Part shown: positions 62,353 through 64,000 of the stretch, piece by piece
How the letters are laid out: the number at the start of each line of letters is the position of its first letter
Position numbering within the stretch: the stretch's first letter is position 1
NCBI GenBank assembly: GCA_963752155.1
Contig: CAVVXH010000011.1
Coordinates: forward strand, 64,001 to 128,000
Direction: 5' to 3'
DNA length: 64,000 nucleotides
DNA from: an uncultured Parachlamydiaceae bacterium
GTDB lineage: Bacteria; Chlamydiota; Chlamydiia; Chlamydiales; Parachlamydiaceae
Notes under the pieces: model-generated
What the model saw: only the letters and a program-made list of their open reading frames with translations
The model's database searches: none
Told to the model about the DNA's origin: nothing
Translations under genes and position numbers: made by a program

Positions 62353-63135
62353 ATGCTAAAGCTTGAAAAAAACGGCAAGACGCATGAATTAAGAGTTCTC
62401 TTACGTACAAAACCCACTTTTTTTTCTGGTCCGTTTCTTTATGCGTTAGCTTACGCCCTTTTAATCCACTTAGGAGCACTCTTTATCTTTAAAATTTCTC
62501 CCTTTGTAGTGAATTACCAACAATCTGTATTTCCTCCGGTAAGAGTAGCTACTGAAATGCCCATTCAACATGGAATGTACCCTGCAACTCTCCAATCTGA
62601 GGAACAAGAACCTATACCATCCTATTTAATAGCCCCACTTCCTTCTACACCCCATTTTCCAAATTCCTATAAAATGTTATCTACTCTTGCGAATAGCGAA
62701 TCGATCGAGTTAACGGCTTCTTCTATTTTAAACAATCCCTTTCTTCAAGATAATGAAATGGATTCATCTCAGTATGATTCGATCGATGATACGTATCAAC
62801 TTTTAACGTATCATCTTTCCGGAACTCTTGCAGAGCTTTCATTAACTTTAGTTGATCATCAAACAACAGAATTACTTCCTCGTGATACATACTATGCTAT
62901 CTTTGCAGTTCACATTAACCAATCCGATGGCCACATTTTTTGGTGGGAAATGAAGGAAATGAGGACGATGAAGGAGAATTCTAATGAACAAAAGTTACAA
63001 AATGAGGCTATCGAAGCTCTAAAGAATTTAAAACTAGAATTTACTCAACAAGATACATCTGATATCTTATCGGGTGAAATTGAAATTGTTATGGTCCCTC
63101 AATATATACAAGAAAAGGAAGCCGTTCTAGAATGA
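62353..63135 (+). CDS. Single-TM Pro-rich periplasmic protein (possible TonB/TolA-like partner)
   Basis: One TM containing ALLIH, a Pro-rich linker, and a position after exbB/exbD-like genes. Confidence 0.5.
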   Translation: MLKLEKNGKTHELRVLLRTKPTFFSGPFLYALAYALLIHLGALFIFKISPFVVNYQQSVFPPVRVATEMPIQHGMYPATLQSEEQEPIPSYLIAPLPSTPHFPNSYKMLSTLANSESIELTASSILNNPFLQDNEMDSSQYDSIDDTYQLLTYHLSGTLAELSLTLVDHQTTELLPRDTYYAIFAVHINQSDGHIFWWEMKEMRTMKENSNEQKLQNEAIEALKNLKLEFTQQDTSDILSGEIEIVMVPQYIQEKEAVLE

Positions 63136-63362
63136 TTGAAATCTCTTCTACCACAGCCTTTATGATCTATCTGAGTATGACGCTTGGACCACTGTTGGGA
63201 CTTTGGTTTGCTCAACACTATTTCAAGCGTCATAAAAAGATCAATATAGATGATCAAAAGCTCTATATTTGTGAATATTGCCAATTTGGCTACCTTGACA
63301 ATCGAGAGCAAAAGATCACCCGGTGTCCGCAATGTTTGTCATATAATCAGACCACAAATTAA
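63132..63362 (+). CDS. Small membrane protein with a C4 zinc ribbon
   Basis: TM helix followed by CEYC-x13-CPQC. Confidence 0.7.
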   Translation: MIEISSTTAFMIYLSMTLGPLLGLWFAQHYFKRHKKINIDDQKLYICEYCQFGYLDNREQKITRCPQCLSYNQTTN

Positions 63363-63455
63363 GAACAACGTAGTACTAAAACAGAAAAGTTTAATTTTTT
63401 TTTAACGCAAAGCGAGACAGTTGCCTGCCCCCTTCGGGAAATAACAAATTTTTAA

Positions 63456-63563
63456 AGCGCCTTGCCATTGGTACCTGATATTCTGACATTTGCCGATGTG
63501 ATAACATTGCTTCCTAAAGGGCAAATGTCAGAATGTCAGTTCAGGCACCAATGGCAAGGCGCT
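63456..63563. repeat. Palindromic element overlapping the 3' end of the downstream-strand ORF
   Basis: AGCGCCTTGCCATTGGTACCTGA-TATTCTGACATTTGCC pairs with GGCAAATGTCAGAATG..TCAGGCACCAATGGCAAGGCGCT. Confidence 0.8.
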
Positions 63564-63977
63564 GACGACTTCCTTATTAGCTTTCAAATTCATCACTTGC
63601 CTTACCCATAGAGTTTCGGCTTTATCCATTTCAACTTTAATTCTCCAAGCCTCAATAACACCTGATTCTTGATGGATATGATGAGCTAGGCTCATTGTGA
63701 GATCCTTGAATTTGGTAAATGAATAGGTGGCAATATTAAAAGGAAGACGAGCTAATTTTATGGGGAGCCATGCTATTTCACTAATAATTCTGACAGGAAC
63801 CCTAATCACCGAATAAGTACCAAGAAATGTACTTCTTACTACATAACTAGTAATAATAATAGTCCACTTCCATTCGTATATCGTAATACCTAACTGGATA
63901 ATTACTAGGGGAGCATAATTGATAATTTTATTTACAAGAACAGGCAAATATTCAGCATTTGAAATTTCCATAGACAA
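63528..63977 (-). CDS. Hypothetical protein (may start beyond the window)
   Basis: 149-aa ORF with a hydrophobic N-terminal half. Confidence 0.45.
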   Translation of the reverse strand: MSMEISNAEYLPVLVNKIINYAPLVIIQLGITIYEWKWTIIITSYVVRSTFLGTYSVIRVPVRIISEIAWLPIKLARLPFNIATYSFTKFKDLTMSLAHHIHQESGVIEAWRIKVEMDKAETLWVRQVMNLKANKEVVSALPLVPELTF

Positions 63978-64000
63978 GGACGCAATTGTATAAATCTTAT

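Noticed and set aside
62947..62979. GAAATGAAG-like 9-bp repeats in the TonB-like gene
   Set aside because: Only about three degenerate units; compatible with ordinary coding slippage.

Overview
The window is a chromosomal segment of an environmental chlamydia (phylum Chlamydiota, Parachlamydiales-like), identified by omcB with two omcA-like lipoproteins, histone-like hctA, and the nadK-dxs-xseBA-tpiA-secG-def and yajC-rlmD-hctA gene blocks. Core genes alternate with AT-rich accessory genes: four tandem F-box-like/LRR paralogues with C-terminal NLS-like tails, a giant repetitive helical protein, two AAA_14/DUF4143 ATPases, a dodecin/metE/MTHFR-like cassette, a Cys-nucleophile alpha/beta hydrolase and a duplicated TM-hairpin/ankyrin protein. 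The most striking non-genic signal is about ten long palindromic elements in several sequence families that share modules. Two are TTAA-bounded 168-bp insertions, one of them in frame inside a TPR gene (reminiscent of Rickettsia palindromic elements), and many sit at core/accessory junctions. Several frameshifts, some in homopolymers (recB, the GH95-like gene, 5.2-6.2 kb), may be assembly errors. I saw no tRNA, rRNA, CRISPR array or transposase. All family assignments are from motif recognition, not database searches.
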